From Promethearchaeia archaeon (GTDB lineage: Archaea; Asgardarchaeota; Lokiarchaeia; Sigyniarchaeales; SOKP01): a stretch of DNA of 32,000 bases. The position numbers were made by a program, and so were the translations under genes. Below the pieces are notes generated by a model that saw nothing but the letters and a program-made list of their open reading frames with translations, had not been told where the DNA came from and did not search any database. The stretch is taken from assembly GCA_046497275.1 (NCBI GenBank), contig JAWOFX010000142.1, positions 1-32,000 on the forward strand, written 5' to 3'. Shown here piece by piece: positions 9,364-17,067 of the stretch (position 1 is its first letter; the number at the start of each line of letters is the position of its first letter).

Positions 9364-10701
9364 CTATTTAAGATATTCTTTGATAAAGTCTTCTAAAATA
9401 TCTTCAATTGTTGGTTCTCTAGTAGATTCTATATCGTAATCAACCTTCAGAATAGGTTTATTATGATTGATAAGTTTTTTAAGATCTATAGGGCTAGCGT
9501 TTATTATAAAATCACATTTTGCTTTATTTAAAGTTTCTTCTAAGTCTGAGATCTGATCATCATTATATCCCATAGCGGGTACGACTTCTTCGATCTGTGG
9601 GAAATTTTCAAAAACATCTTTCATTGATCCACTTAAATATGGTTTTGGATCAATAATCTCAGCCCCCGCGTTTTTAGAGGCGATATAACCTGCTCCAATA
9701 GACATTTCCCCATGAGTCAATGTTGGTCCATCCTCTACTACAACCACTTTTTTCCCCTTTATATCATGAGTATTATCAAGACTTACTACAGAATCTGTAT
9801 ATATTCGTATGGCATTGGGATTTACTTCATCTAAATTTTTTTCTACAATCTTTACATCTGCTTGCTTTGCAGAATTCATTTTATTGATTATAAATACATC
9901 CGCGTCTCGAGCATTTACCTCACCTGGATGATAGCGTATTTCATGACCTGGTCTTAGAGGATCAACAACAATAAATAATAAATCTGGATCATAAAACGAA
10001 ATTTCGTTGTTTCCACCATCAAAGACAATAACATCAGCCTCTTTTTCTGCTTCACGAATTATTTTTTCATAATCAACTCCAGAATAAATAACCAAACCCT
10101 GTTGTAAATATGGTTCATATTCTTCTCTCTCCTCTATAGTGCAATCATATTTATCTAAATCTTCATATGTTTCAAATCTCATAACATTTTGTTGAATTAA
10201 ATCACCATAAGGCATTGGTTCCCTGATTGCCACAATTTTATATCCCTTGCTATTTAAATACCTATATACGGCTCTTGAAACTTGACTTTTTCCGCATCCC
10301 GTTCTAACAGCACAAACTGAAATAACGGGCTTTCTTGCTTTAATTTGTGTAAATCGTTCGGAAATAAGACGAAAGTTTGCTCCTGCAGAAAGTGCTCTTG
10401 AAGCAATATGCATAAGATTTACGTGAGAAATGTCAGAATATGCAAAAACAGCCTCATCTATTTGTTTCTTACTTATAAAATCTTCTAAATTATCCTCTGA
10501 AATCATTGGAATGCCTTTCGGATATAAATCACCCGCTAATTCAGATGGATAAAATCTCTGCGTTTCTTCTGTTGTTCCAACATTTTGCTCACCAGCAATA
10601 GTAAATGCTAAAACCTCGTAGTCTTCATTATTTTTGAAAATAGTATTAAACACATGAAAATCATACCCTAAAGCTCCGATGATTACAACTTTTTTTCTCA
10701 A
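9364..10701 (-). CDS. arcE: Arginine synthetase (ArcE) / cDPG-synthetase-like P-loop protein, TTG start with SD GAGGT
   Basis: DFH.FN, YPSELAGDLYPKGIP, FAYSD, AVRTGCGKSQ, PMPYGDL, CTIEEREEYEP, DGGNN, PGHE..YHPGE, VEDGPTLTHG, PAMGY. Clusters with OTC and carbamate kinase, and no arginine deiminase is in the cluster. Confidence 0.8.
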   Translation of the reverse strand: MRKKVVIIGALGYDFHVFNTIFKNNEDYEVLAFTIAGEQNVGTTEETQRFYPSELAGDLYPKGIPMISEDNLEDFISKKQIDEAVFAYSDISHVNLMHIASRALSAGANFRLISERFTQIKARKPVISVCAVRTGCGKSQVSRAVYRYLNSKGYKIVAIREPMPYGDLIQQNVMRFETYEDLDKYDCTIEEREEYEPYLQQGLVIYSGVDYEKIIREAEKEADVIVFDGGNNEISFYDPDLLFIVVDPLRPGHEIRYHPGEVNARDADVFIINKMNSAKQADVKIVEKNLDEVNPNAIRIYTDSVVSLDNTHDIKGKKVVVVEDGPTLTHGEMSIGAGYIASKNAGAEIIDPKPYLSGSMKDVFENFPQIEEVVPAMGYNDDQISDLEETLNKAKCDFIINASPIDLKKLINHNKPILKVDYDIESTREPTIEDILEDFIKEYLK

Positions 10702-10980
10702 TTAACATAACCTCTACTTAGTATTCTTAATTTGCTCATCATATTAAATTCATACTTTTTTATTAAAATTTTTAATTCTATGAGGGAAAGAATACCCATT
10801 TAATAGATTTAAAGATCAAAAACATTGAAATTTATCCGAGAAAAACAGATAGGGGAATTGATCGCGAATTAGGGTTCTAATTAGAGATTATATCACTCTT
10901 AAAATGATATTTACTATAAATTCTCCTTAGTAAATCATTCAATAAACTAAATAGATATATAGGAATAGATTTAAAAAAAA

Positions 10981-11184
10981 TTATTTTTTATACTTCGATC
11001 TTTTTGCTCCAATTGAGTCTGGTTGGCCACCATACTTCCCTTTTTCAATGCGTTTTTCATACAATTCTCGATAACGCATTCTTGGAGGCTTTTTTGGAGT
11101 TGAATTTACGCCCGTTTTTTCAATCTTTGGGGTTTGCATTTTGACTTTTCCTGCTTTTGTTAAACTTCCGTGTGAACCTGGCAT
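10981..11184 (-). CDS. rps30e: Ribosomal protein eS30 (standalone, no ubiquitin-like fusion)
   Basis: SHGSLTKAGKVKMQTPKI signature. SD GAGGT upstream. Confidence 0.93.
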   Translation of the reverse strand: MPGSHGSLTKAGKVKMQTPKIEKTGVNSTPKKPPRMRYRELYEKRIEKGKYGGQPDSIGAKRSKYKK

Positions 11185-11374
11185 ATGTTTAACCTCGTTT
11201 TCTTTTTTTTATTATTTAATTGTTTCTTAAATTTATTTCTAATATAAATAGCAATCTTAAACACTTAAATTTTAGGATTATGGTTTAACTAAAAACTGGA
11301 CTCCATTCATTTTAATTAAAATTGTAGGGATATTTAAATAATAATATCATAATGATTGAGAAGTTCATACCAAA

Positions 11375-11548
11375 ATGAAAAATGTAAAAGAAGAATCTAA
11401 GAAAAAAAATATTGAAAAAGTGATGTTTGGCGAAGATACAATGAATTGCTTCGCTTGCGGGGAAAAACTATCTTTAAAAGATACAGAAGCTGAGCGCTGT
11501 CCATATTGTGGCACAGAAATAAATAAAAAGGATATTAAAACACAATGA
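11375..11548 (+). CDS. 57-aa zinc-ribbon protein (absent from ORF track)
   Basis: MKNVKEESKKKNIEKVMFGEDTMNCFACGEKLSLKDTEAERCPYCGTEINKKDIKTQ*, with CxxC...CPxC. Confidence 0.7.
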   Translation: MKNVKEESKKKNIEKVMFGEDTMNCFACGEKLSLKDTEAERCPYCGTEINKKDIKTQ

Positions 11549-11635
11549 GCTTATTAATTAATATTTATAAGGAATAAAAATTTAATTCCAGCAATTTATT
11601 TATTTCTTAGAGAATAAAAAATTTTTGAAGCAAAA

Positions 11636-12145
11636 ATGAGTGTCGACTCCCCAGATACAGTAGGAAAAAGGTTAAGCTACGCATGCATTTTATCCTTGAT
11701 ATTATTAAGTATATTTTTAATTCTTTTGGTCTTCCAATTATTTTGGGCAATTTTATTCTTAATGTTCATAGCCCCACTTATAATGCTAGGACTAAATAGG
11801 TATTTTTTCCGCCCAGAAATTAAATGTCCTCGATGTAATGCCACCGTAAGTTCTTATAGTGATCGCTGCAGTCATTGTGGATTCCAATTAATAACTAAAT
11901 GTCCTAAATGTGGAGCTTCTATGAGATATAATGATGAAGTGTGTAATAATTGTGGTTATTCAATTAAAAAATTGATAATTCCTGAAAATGTTGAGCTTAA
12001 TTTTGAATATAAGGAAAATGATTCTCAAAAACCTCAAAAAAAAGTAATGGAGACTCGTTTCACCTTTTGTCCTCATTGCGGATCCAAACTTAATGAAAAT
12101 CAGCAGAATTTACGGTATTGTGAGTACTGTGGGAACAAATTGTAA
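11636..12145 (+). CDS. Membrane-anchored multi-zinc-ribbon protein
   Basis: Two N-terminal TM segments followed by six CxxC motifs (CPRC, CSHC, CPKC, CNNC, CPHC, CEYC). Confidence 0.8.
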   Translation: MSVDSPDTVGKRLSYACILSLILLSIFLILLVFQLFWAILFLMFIAPLIMLGLNRYFFRPEIKCPRCNATVSSYSDRCSHCGFQLITKCPKCGASMRYNDEVCNNCGYSIKKLIIPENVELNFEYKENDSQKPQKKVMETRFTFCPHCGSKLNENQQNLRYCEYCGNKL

Positions 12146-12164
12146 CAGAGAAGAACATAAAATA

Positions 12165-13364
12165 TTAATCATGACTCTTTAATCTCTCCTCAATAAAATT
12201 TAATTGCTGGATCATCCACGATTTAAATTTAATAAAATCTGAGATAGGAGGAATTGAATTATGATTTGACAAATCTTTCTGTTTTTCAGAAAGAACTGAA
12301 TTGATGTCTCTATTTTTTAAGGACTCTTGGCTTTTTTGTTTATATTTACTTTCATTATTTATAATTTTATCAATGAAGTTGCTTTGAACTCCGAGTTTGT
12401 GTAAAATTGTTTGGAAATCCGCACGTTCTTTTTCTGAGAGCTCTCCATTCTTATTAAGGGTATCTTTCCATTGAATAAGAAAGTCTTTAGGAAATCCTTC
12501 AGACCAGTGATGCCTTCGCAAGTAATTATAGAGTCTGCTGGGTGTAAATAATTCACTGAGTTCTAAATTACTCGGATTCACATTACTCGTCCGATATTCA
12601 TCGAGTTGGGTGATAAAGACTTGAAATAGATGTTTATTCTGTGATTGGATAATGTCAAATTCGTTGGTAAAATCGAGTGCTGTAGTATCTTCTGCCTTAG
12701 ATTGTAGACGGGAACCTTTTATGGAATCACCATCATTTGTATCTTCAGGAAGAATAATGTTATAATAGTTCTCGGTGAATTCAATCACCCGTTCTTGTTC
12801 TTGTAGAGTATATGCACTTGCGATCTCCTCAATATTGAGAGATTCGGGATTTGAATTCATAGCAATATAAATCTTGTTGGCAGTATTTTTAATCTCTTGA
12901 AGAGCGTCTCTGAGCATACTATAATTCTTTGCGAGTGAAAGGATCATCCTTTCCATTGTGAGATCTACATTCTCGAAATCATAATTAAGAAATTTAGTAG
13001 ATTTTTTATTATAAAAGACGAAATTACTATGGGTGGATTCGATAAGATCAGTTGCATTTTGAGTAATGTTAAGGATTGCATGAGCGTTCTCAAGATCTAG
13101 AAGCTGTTTCGCCTTCTTTTTATTAAGATTATAGATGAGGTGATAATTTGGAGTGTGAGAATAGGACTCTGCGTCGCTCCTAATCATCTCTCGGATATTA
13201 TAAAGAGCAGTTGCTTCCAAGTCTATAAGGTTGTAGCCGACGGTAAATATCTCTAAGGTTCTTAGATGTTTAAGATCTACATGCGGAAATATTACAATAT
13301 TTTTTTGTTTAAAAAAGATCAAATGCAAGAACTCGGGTGTGAGAAAATCATACTCTGTGTCCAT
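12165..13364 (-). CDS. Hypothetical protein
   Basis: 399-aa ORF with a T-rich TATA element 19 nt upstream. No motif recognised. Confidence 0.75.
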   Translation of the reverse strand: MDTEYDFLTPEFLHLIFFKQKNIVIFPHVDLKHLRTLEIFTVGYNLIDLEATALYNIREMIRSDAESYSHTPNYHLIYNLNKKKAKQLLDLENAHAILNITQNATDLIESTHSNFVFYNKKSTKFLNYDFENVDLTMERMILSLAKNYSMLRDALQEIKNTANKIYIAMNSNPESLNIEEIASAYTLQEQERVIEFTENYYNIILPEDTNDGDSIKGSRLQSKAEDTTALDFTNEFDIIQSQNKHLFQVFITQLDEYRTSNVNPSNLELSELFTPSRLYNYLRRHHWSEGFPKDFLIQWKDTLNKNGELSEKERADFQTILHKLGVQSNFIDKIINNESKYKQKSQESLKNRDINSVLSEKQKDLSNHNSIPPISDFIKFKSWMIQQLNFIEERLKSHD

Positions 13365-13383
13365 ACTTGATAAAGAGGATAGG

Positions 13384-13400
13384 TATTTAAAAAGAAAAAA
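13384..13400 (-). promoter_or_regulatory. T-rich/TATA element, spacing variant TTTTTTCTTTTTAAATA
   Basis: 19 nt upstream of ATG 13364 in a divergent intergenic region. Confidence 0.55.
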
Positions 13401-13431
13401 GTAAGAGAAGAATCATAAAAAAACTCTTCAC

Positions 13432-13446
13432 CTTTTTCTTTATATA
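13432..13446 (+). promoter_or_regulatory. T-rich/TATA element CTTTTTCTTTATATA (1 mismatch)
   Basis: 23 nt upstream of a small ORF at 13470. Confidence 0.5.
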
Positions 13447-13554
13447 TCTAAAAATTACAAAATAGTGCTATGATTTCAAAACAAACTTATATATATAAAA
13501 ATCAAGTTCTTACTAACGTTGTCTTTATTTCATTTTTATAGTTAAATTTATAAA

Positions 13555-13569
13555 TTTTTTCTTTATATA
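13555..13569 (+). promoter_or_regulatory. T-rich/TATA element TTTTTTCTTTATATA (exact)
   Basis: 68 nt upstream of ATG 13638. Confidence 0.65.
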
Positions 13570-13637
13570 ATTCGAATCTCTTACTTATGATATCAAGATT
13601 CCTCTTGTGTAATGAGGGAATGGAGAAGTTTTGAGAA

Positions 13638-13934
13638 ATGAAGTGTGAATATTGCAAGAAAATTTTTCCCAGATCGAGCAAAAGGAGAGTGCGACATAGA
13701 AATACGCAAAGTTCTAATGGATCACTCAATTTTTGCTCGAAGAAATGCTATGAACAATGGCTTCAAGAGATCAAACACACCAATCTCCATTATTACGTAG
13801 TATGGAAAGTAATTGCTTTTTTTGGAAATTTTAAGTTTCGCAAACAGCTCATCCAAAGCGAAGGTATCATACCCGATCTTGGGCTCCCTAAAGATAATTC
13901 TCACTTTGCGCTTAACCTACAGGATGAATTTTAA
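13638..13934 (+). CDS. TRASH/MYM-type zinc-finger protein
   Basis: MKCEYCKK...NFCSKKC (CxxC...FCSxxC). Confidence 0.65.
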   Translation: MKCEYCKKIFPRSSKRRVRHRNTQSSNGSLNFCSKKCYEQWLQEIKHTNLHYYVVWKVIAFFGNFKFRKQLIQSEGIIPDLGLPKDNSHFALNLQDEF

Positions 13935-14081
13935 ATAGTCTCTATGATGATCCCATATTTTGGGCGAATGAGAGATATAAGAAGAATATGTGGAAAAATA
14001 TCAACGAGGGAGAATTCATCATTGTGTACCTTAATCAAGGAGAATAATTCATAAGGTAAAAATAAAAGAAGAATAAAATTA

Positions 14082-14735
14082 TTAAGAAAAATTGAACAAA
14101 TTGAACAGCACTTGACCCAATAAATCCCGAAAGGTCTCAGCAACATTTTGTCCAGTGAGAGCAATCACGGGATACACAACGAGCGTTCCATCAGCATATT
14201 CTTCCTCTTTTGGAAGTCCTAATTGCTTCTTAAACTCATCAATATTTATCTTAGTCTGAATATCGCGCTTATTGAGTTGGATTATGTAGGGTATGCGTCG
14301 AGGGCTTGCAAAACTCAGCAACTCTCGGAAACTCCTTTTATTCTGCTCTAAAAGTTCTGGCTGAGAATCAGCAACAAACATGATCCCATCGGCACCTTCT
14401 AGTACATACTCTCTTGTAGAGAGAAAGCGCTCTTGCCCTGTGCAAGTAACTACATGCACGATGATTATATACTCTTGCGTATTAATGGTAGCTTCAAAGG
14501 AAAGAAACATAGAATCCTGCCATAGAGTTCTACCGTCTTTAGTTTCAATAGAATAACCTTTAGTGACTCTGTGACTGTCAAATTTTTCTTTAAGACGAAG
14601 GAAGTTGGTGGTTTTGCCCGATTCCCCAGGGCCCCAATAGACGATCTTTAATTGGATCATATTGCCAAGAATCACCCCCCCTGTATTAGTATGGATACTA
14701 TCATACTCCGATTCTTCGATTTCATTTCTGAGCAT
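14082..14735 (-). CDS. mglA: MglA-family small GTPase (alternative start ATG 14660)
   Basis: LKIVYWGPGESGKTTN (G1), RTLWQD switch I, TCTGQ (MglA-type G3 without Asp), ADGIMFVADSQ, NKRD (G4), ALTGQNV (G5). Confidence 0.88.
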   Translation of the reverse strand: MLRNEIEESEYDSIHTNTGGVILGNMIQLKIVYWGPGESGKTTNFLRLKEKFDSHRVTKGYSIETKDGRTLWQDSMFLSFEATINTQEYIIIVHVVTCTGQERFLSTREYVLEGADGIMFVADSQPELLEQNKRSFRELLSFASPRRIPYIIQLNKRDIQTKINIDEFKKQLGLPKEEEYADGTLVVYPVIALTGQNVAETFRDLLGQVLFNLFNFS

Positions 14736-14753
14736 TGGTATGTATTCACCCCC

Positions 14754-15302
14754 TCAATCTAAAGAAATTATTTTATTACCGAATATTTCACTTTTTAGTA
14801 TCTTAATGTGTTCTTTCAGCTCTTTTTCGTTCATCTTTAAAGTACTTTTAATCGAACCTGAGTTTTCGATTTCCTTTTTAATTTTCATTGCGAAGCGTTG
14901 CATTTGTAAGACTGCTACGCCGATATTCACTTCATTATCCGATAGAAGGATGATGAGAACCTCTCGCTTTTCTTGTTGATTAAGCTCTACGTTGGTAATT
15001 GACTTAACAAACAATCGTAGATTATTATAGATAATAGAAGCACGATCCAAATAATCAGCATCGAAAAAATCTTGTCCTTGTCGCGCAACACCATAAAGCG
15101 CCGCACCAATGGAAGAGAGGTCCCAATAATTCAGATTTCTATCAAATCGCGAATCGACTGCGATAATTTTAGCATCTTGATCAACCGCGATGAGGCCATA
15201 TACGTACCCCTTTCGAGTAAGCGTGCCATAGCTATTTCGAATCTCGTCTAAAATAGTACTAATACTGTTCTTATACAAAACTTTTGGTATGGTAATGGTC
15301 AT
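14754..15302 (-). CDS. mglB: Roadblock/LC7 (MglB-like) protein; likely start ATG 15302 (MTITIPK) rather than 15398
   Basis: Roadblock pattern (GLIAVDQDAKIIA...LSSIGAALYGVARQ...VLIILL...NIGVAVLQMQR) directly upstream of mglA. The promoter motif lies inside the longer ORF's first 32 codons. Confidence 0.7.
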   Translation of the reverse strand: MTITIPKVLYKNSISTILDEIRNSYGTLTRKGYVYGLIAVDQDAKIIAVDSRFDRNLNYWDLSSIGAALYGVARQGQDFFDADYLDRASIIYNNLRLFVKSITNVELNQQEKREVLIILLSDNEVNIGVAVLQMQRFAMKIKKEIENSGSIKSTLKMNEKELKEHIKILKSEIFGNKIISLD

Positions 15303-15353
15303 ATATGTTATTATTCCATTTTTTAATTGATTAGAAGAAAAATAGAATAAAAC

Positions 15354-15368
15354 TATATAAAGAAAAAA
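15354..15368 (-). promoter_or_regulatory. T-rich/TATA element TTTTTTCTTTATATA (exact)
   Basis: 51 nt upstream of mglB ATG 15302. Confidence 0.65.
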
Positions 15369-15394
15369 CATATTCAAGAAACAGTAAATTTTCC

Positions 15395-16330
15395 TCAAAA
15401 CATTTTTAAGATTGATTTTTTAGTAAAATGAAGTTCTTTTCTCTTATTATAATCATTCTTTTCGATAAAAATACTCTTTAATTTAATAAGCATTCCATTT
15501 TCAATGATGCGGAGAATCTCGATTGCCTGCATTCCCCATACCAATACATTGATAGCTCCAGTCTCATCGCTTATCATAAATTTCAATAAAAAGGATTTGT
15601 CTCCATCTTCAGAATCAAATTCTTTCAACTCATCTATCTTTACTATGCCTGAGATTTCTTTTACAAATCCATCCTTCTGATACAGATCTCGTATTTTTAA
15701 TTCTTCCTGAGCCTCTCTTGAAGAAAACTCATTTTTTCTGGCATTAGATACCTCAATTTTTTGCAATTCCACTTTTATTTTTTTAGGAATATTATCAGGA
15801 TTTAATTGTACCTTTCCTTGTTTTGAGAGATGCACTTCTAACCGATCTTTCAATCCTTTCTTACAATAGCAATTTATAACTCTAATAATTGTTCCGATCT
15901 TGAAAAATTCAGTCTGCATAATCTTGGTATGATCATCCCAAAGCACGATTTTGGTAGTTCCTGAGGTATCTGATATCAAAAACGAACCAACATTACCTGA
16001 AGTACCGTCTTTTCGCATGAATTCATTTATGGGAAAAATACGTTTAATCTTTCCCAACAGAACAATATTTGAAAGATTTTCACGTAGATCCGATATGAGG
16101 ATTATAAATTCATTATAATCAATTTCTTGATTTGCTTCTTCGTAGAGTTCAGGATCGATTTGAGCTGACCGAATCTCGATCCCATTTTCTTTTGCGATGA
16201 GGAAAAGAGCGCCTTGAGGAGTTATAAATCCCTTAAACTCAAGTTCTTTGCGTTTTAGTTCCTCTTTTATCTCTTGTTCTGATAGTCCTGCTTCGGTCAG
16301 TTTTTGGTATACATCTTGGGCATCACTCAT
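15395..16330 (-). CDS. rpa: RPA/SSB-like OB-fold single-stranded DNA-binding protein
   Basis: N-terminal helical domain (GFITPQGALFLIAKENGI), OB1 (NIVLLGKI...F.RKDGTSGNVGSFLISDTSG..KIVLWD), OB2 (LKFMISDETGAINVLVWG). Confidence 0.85.
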   Translation of the reverse strand: MSDAQDVYQKLTEAGLSEQEIKEELKRKELEFKGFITPQGALFLIAKENGIEIRSAQIDPELYEEANQEIDYNEFIILISDLRENLSNIVLLGKIKRIFPINEFMRKDGTSGNVGSFLISDTSGTTKIVLWDDHTKIMQTEFFKIGTIIRVINCYCKKGLKDRLEVHLSKQGKVQLNPDNIPKKIKVELQKIEVSNARKNEFSSREAQEELKIRDLYQKDGFVKEISGIVKIDELKEFDSEDGDKSFLLKFMISDETGAINVLVWGMQAIEILRIIENGMLIKLKSIFIEKNDYNKRKELHFTKKSILKMF

Positions 16331-16931
16331 TTTTTTTTAATACACCTTTTTCAATCATTATATTTTTAGTACGATAAAAGGCATAGGCAGAACAATCCAT
16401 AAGCACTCGGATATTTTGCATTAACAAATTTTTTGTAGATAAAGGATCGTTCAAATCAGTGAGATAGATAACTATCGCAAGTTGCGTGGATATTCGTGGC
16501 CAAAAACTCGCAATTTGGAAAAATTGCTGAAGAATTTTCAGGTTAGTTTTTGCTCGGGGATAATCGAATACTGGAGCCAATTTATAGACTTTATGTAAAT
16601 AGATTCTTACTTTGGAATAAATACGATTCTGTTTATATCTCCACTGGATATGCGATCTTTTCCAAAATTTTCTAAAGTAATAAAACTGAGCAAAAAATTT
16701 TTCTATTATGTCCCTAACCAGAAACTCTTGAATATTGGATTCTTCAGAGATTTGACGATAAGTATCATCAGAAAGCATATCTAGCAGAACCGTCTCATCT
16801 CCGTCTTTAGTAATTGGATGACCTCGAAAAAGCGTCTTTAATACTTTCTGCCTAATCTTTCCGAAATATAAAGAGTATTTTAACTCATGGGCAGTTTTTT
16901 CCTTAATGGTTATACTAAATACATTGGTCAT
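16323..16931 (-). CDS. Hypothetical protein, possible HTH plus TFIIB/cyclin-like C-terminal repeat
   Basis: Overlaps the rpa start by 8 nt (operon). LAIVIYL...CSAYAFYRTKNI loosely resembles the TFB repeat end. Confidence 0.55.
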   Translation of the reverse strand: MTNVFSITIKEKTAHELKYSLYFGKIRQKVLKTLFRGHPITKDGDETVLLDMLSDDTYRQISEESNIQEFLVRDIIEKFFAQFYYFRKFWKRSHIQWRYKQNRIYSKVRIYLHKVYKLAPVFDYPRAKTNLKILQQFFQIASFWPRISTQLAIVIYLTDLNDPLSTKNLLMQNIRVLMDCSAYAFYRTKNIMIEKGVLKKNE

Positions 16932-16990
16932 GACTTGAACGCAAAAACTTTTTCATTCCTATTATTTTTGGATTTTTAACATATTGAGAA

Positions 16991-17005
16991 TATTTAAATA
17001 AAAAA
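16991..17005 (-). promoter_or_regulatory. T-rich/TATA element TTTTTTATTTAAATA (1 mismatch)
   Basis: 59 nt upstream of ATG 16931. Confidence 0.55.
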
Positions 17006-17067
17006 TAGAATGAAAATTTTAATGGAATGATTTTGAATGTAGGAGATTCATTTAAGAGAAATTTTTT

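Noticed and set aside
9364-10701. Cyclic 2,3-diphosphoglycerate synthetase annotation
   Set aside because: The arcB/arcC/rocD context and recalled similarity to ArcE favour arginine synthetase, and no 2-phosphoglycerate kinase is nearby.
10702-10980. Short inverted repeats (AATTAG/CTAATT, ATATCA/TGATAT) between arcE and rps30e as an ncRNA or operator
   Set aside because: 6-bp AT-rich stems are expected by chance, and no tRNA or known RNA motif is present.
13638-13934. Ribosomal protein eL24 call for the TRASH-domain ORF
   Set aside because: Only the Cys pattern matches. The G.G..YV..DG core is absent and the context is not ribosomal.
12359-14979. ORFs 12359-12556, 13502-13729, 13722-13904, 13931-14164 and 14662-14979
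   Set aside because: They overlap better-supported genes or promoters, have low-complexity translations, and show no start signals.
15303-15398. 32-aa N-terminal extension of mglB in the ORF track
   Set aside because: It is AT-rich intergenic-like sequence that contains the promoter motif and overlaps the rpa stop. ATG 15302 fits better.
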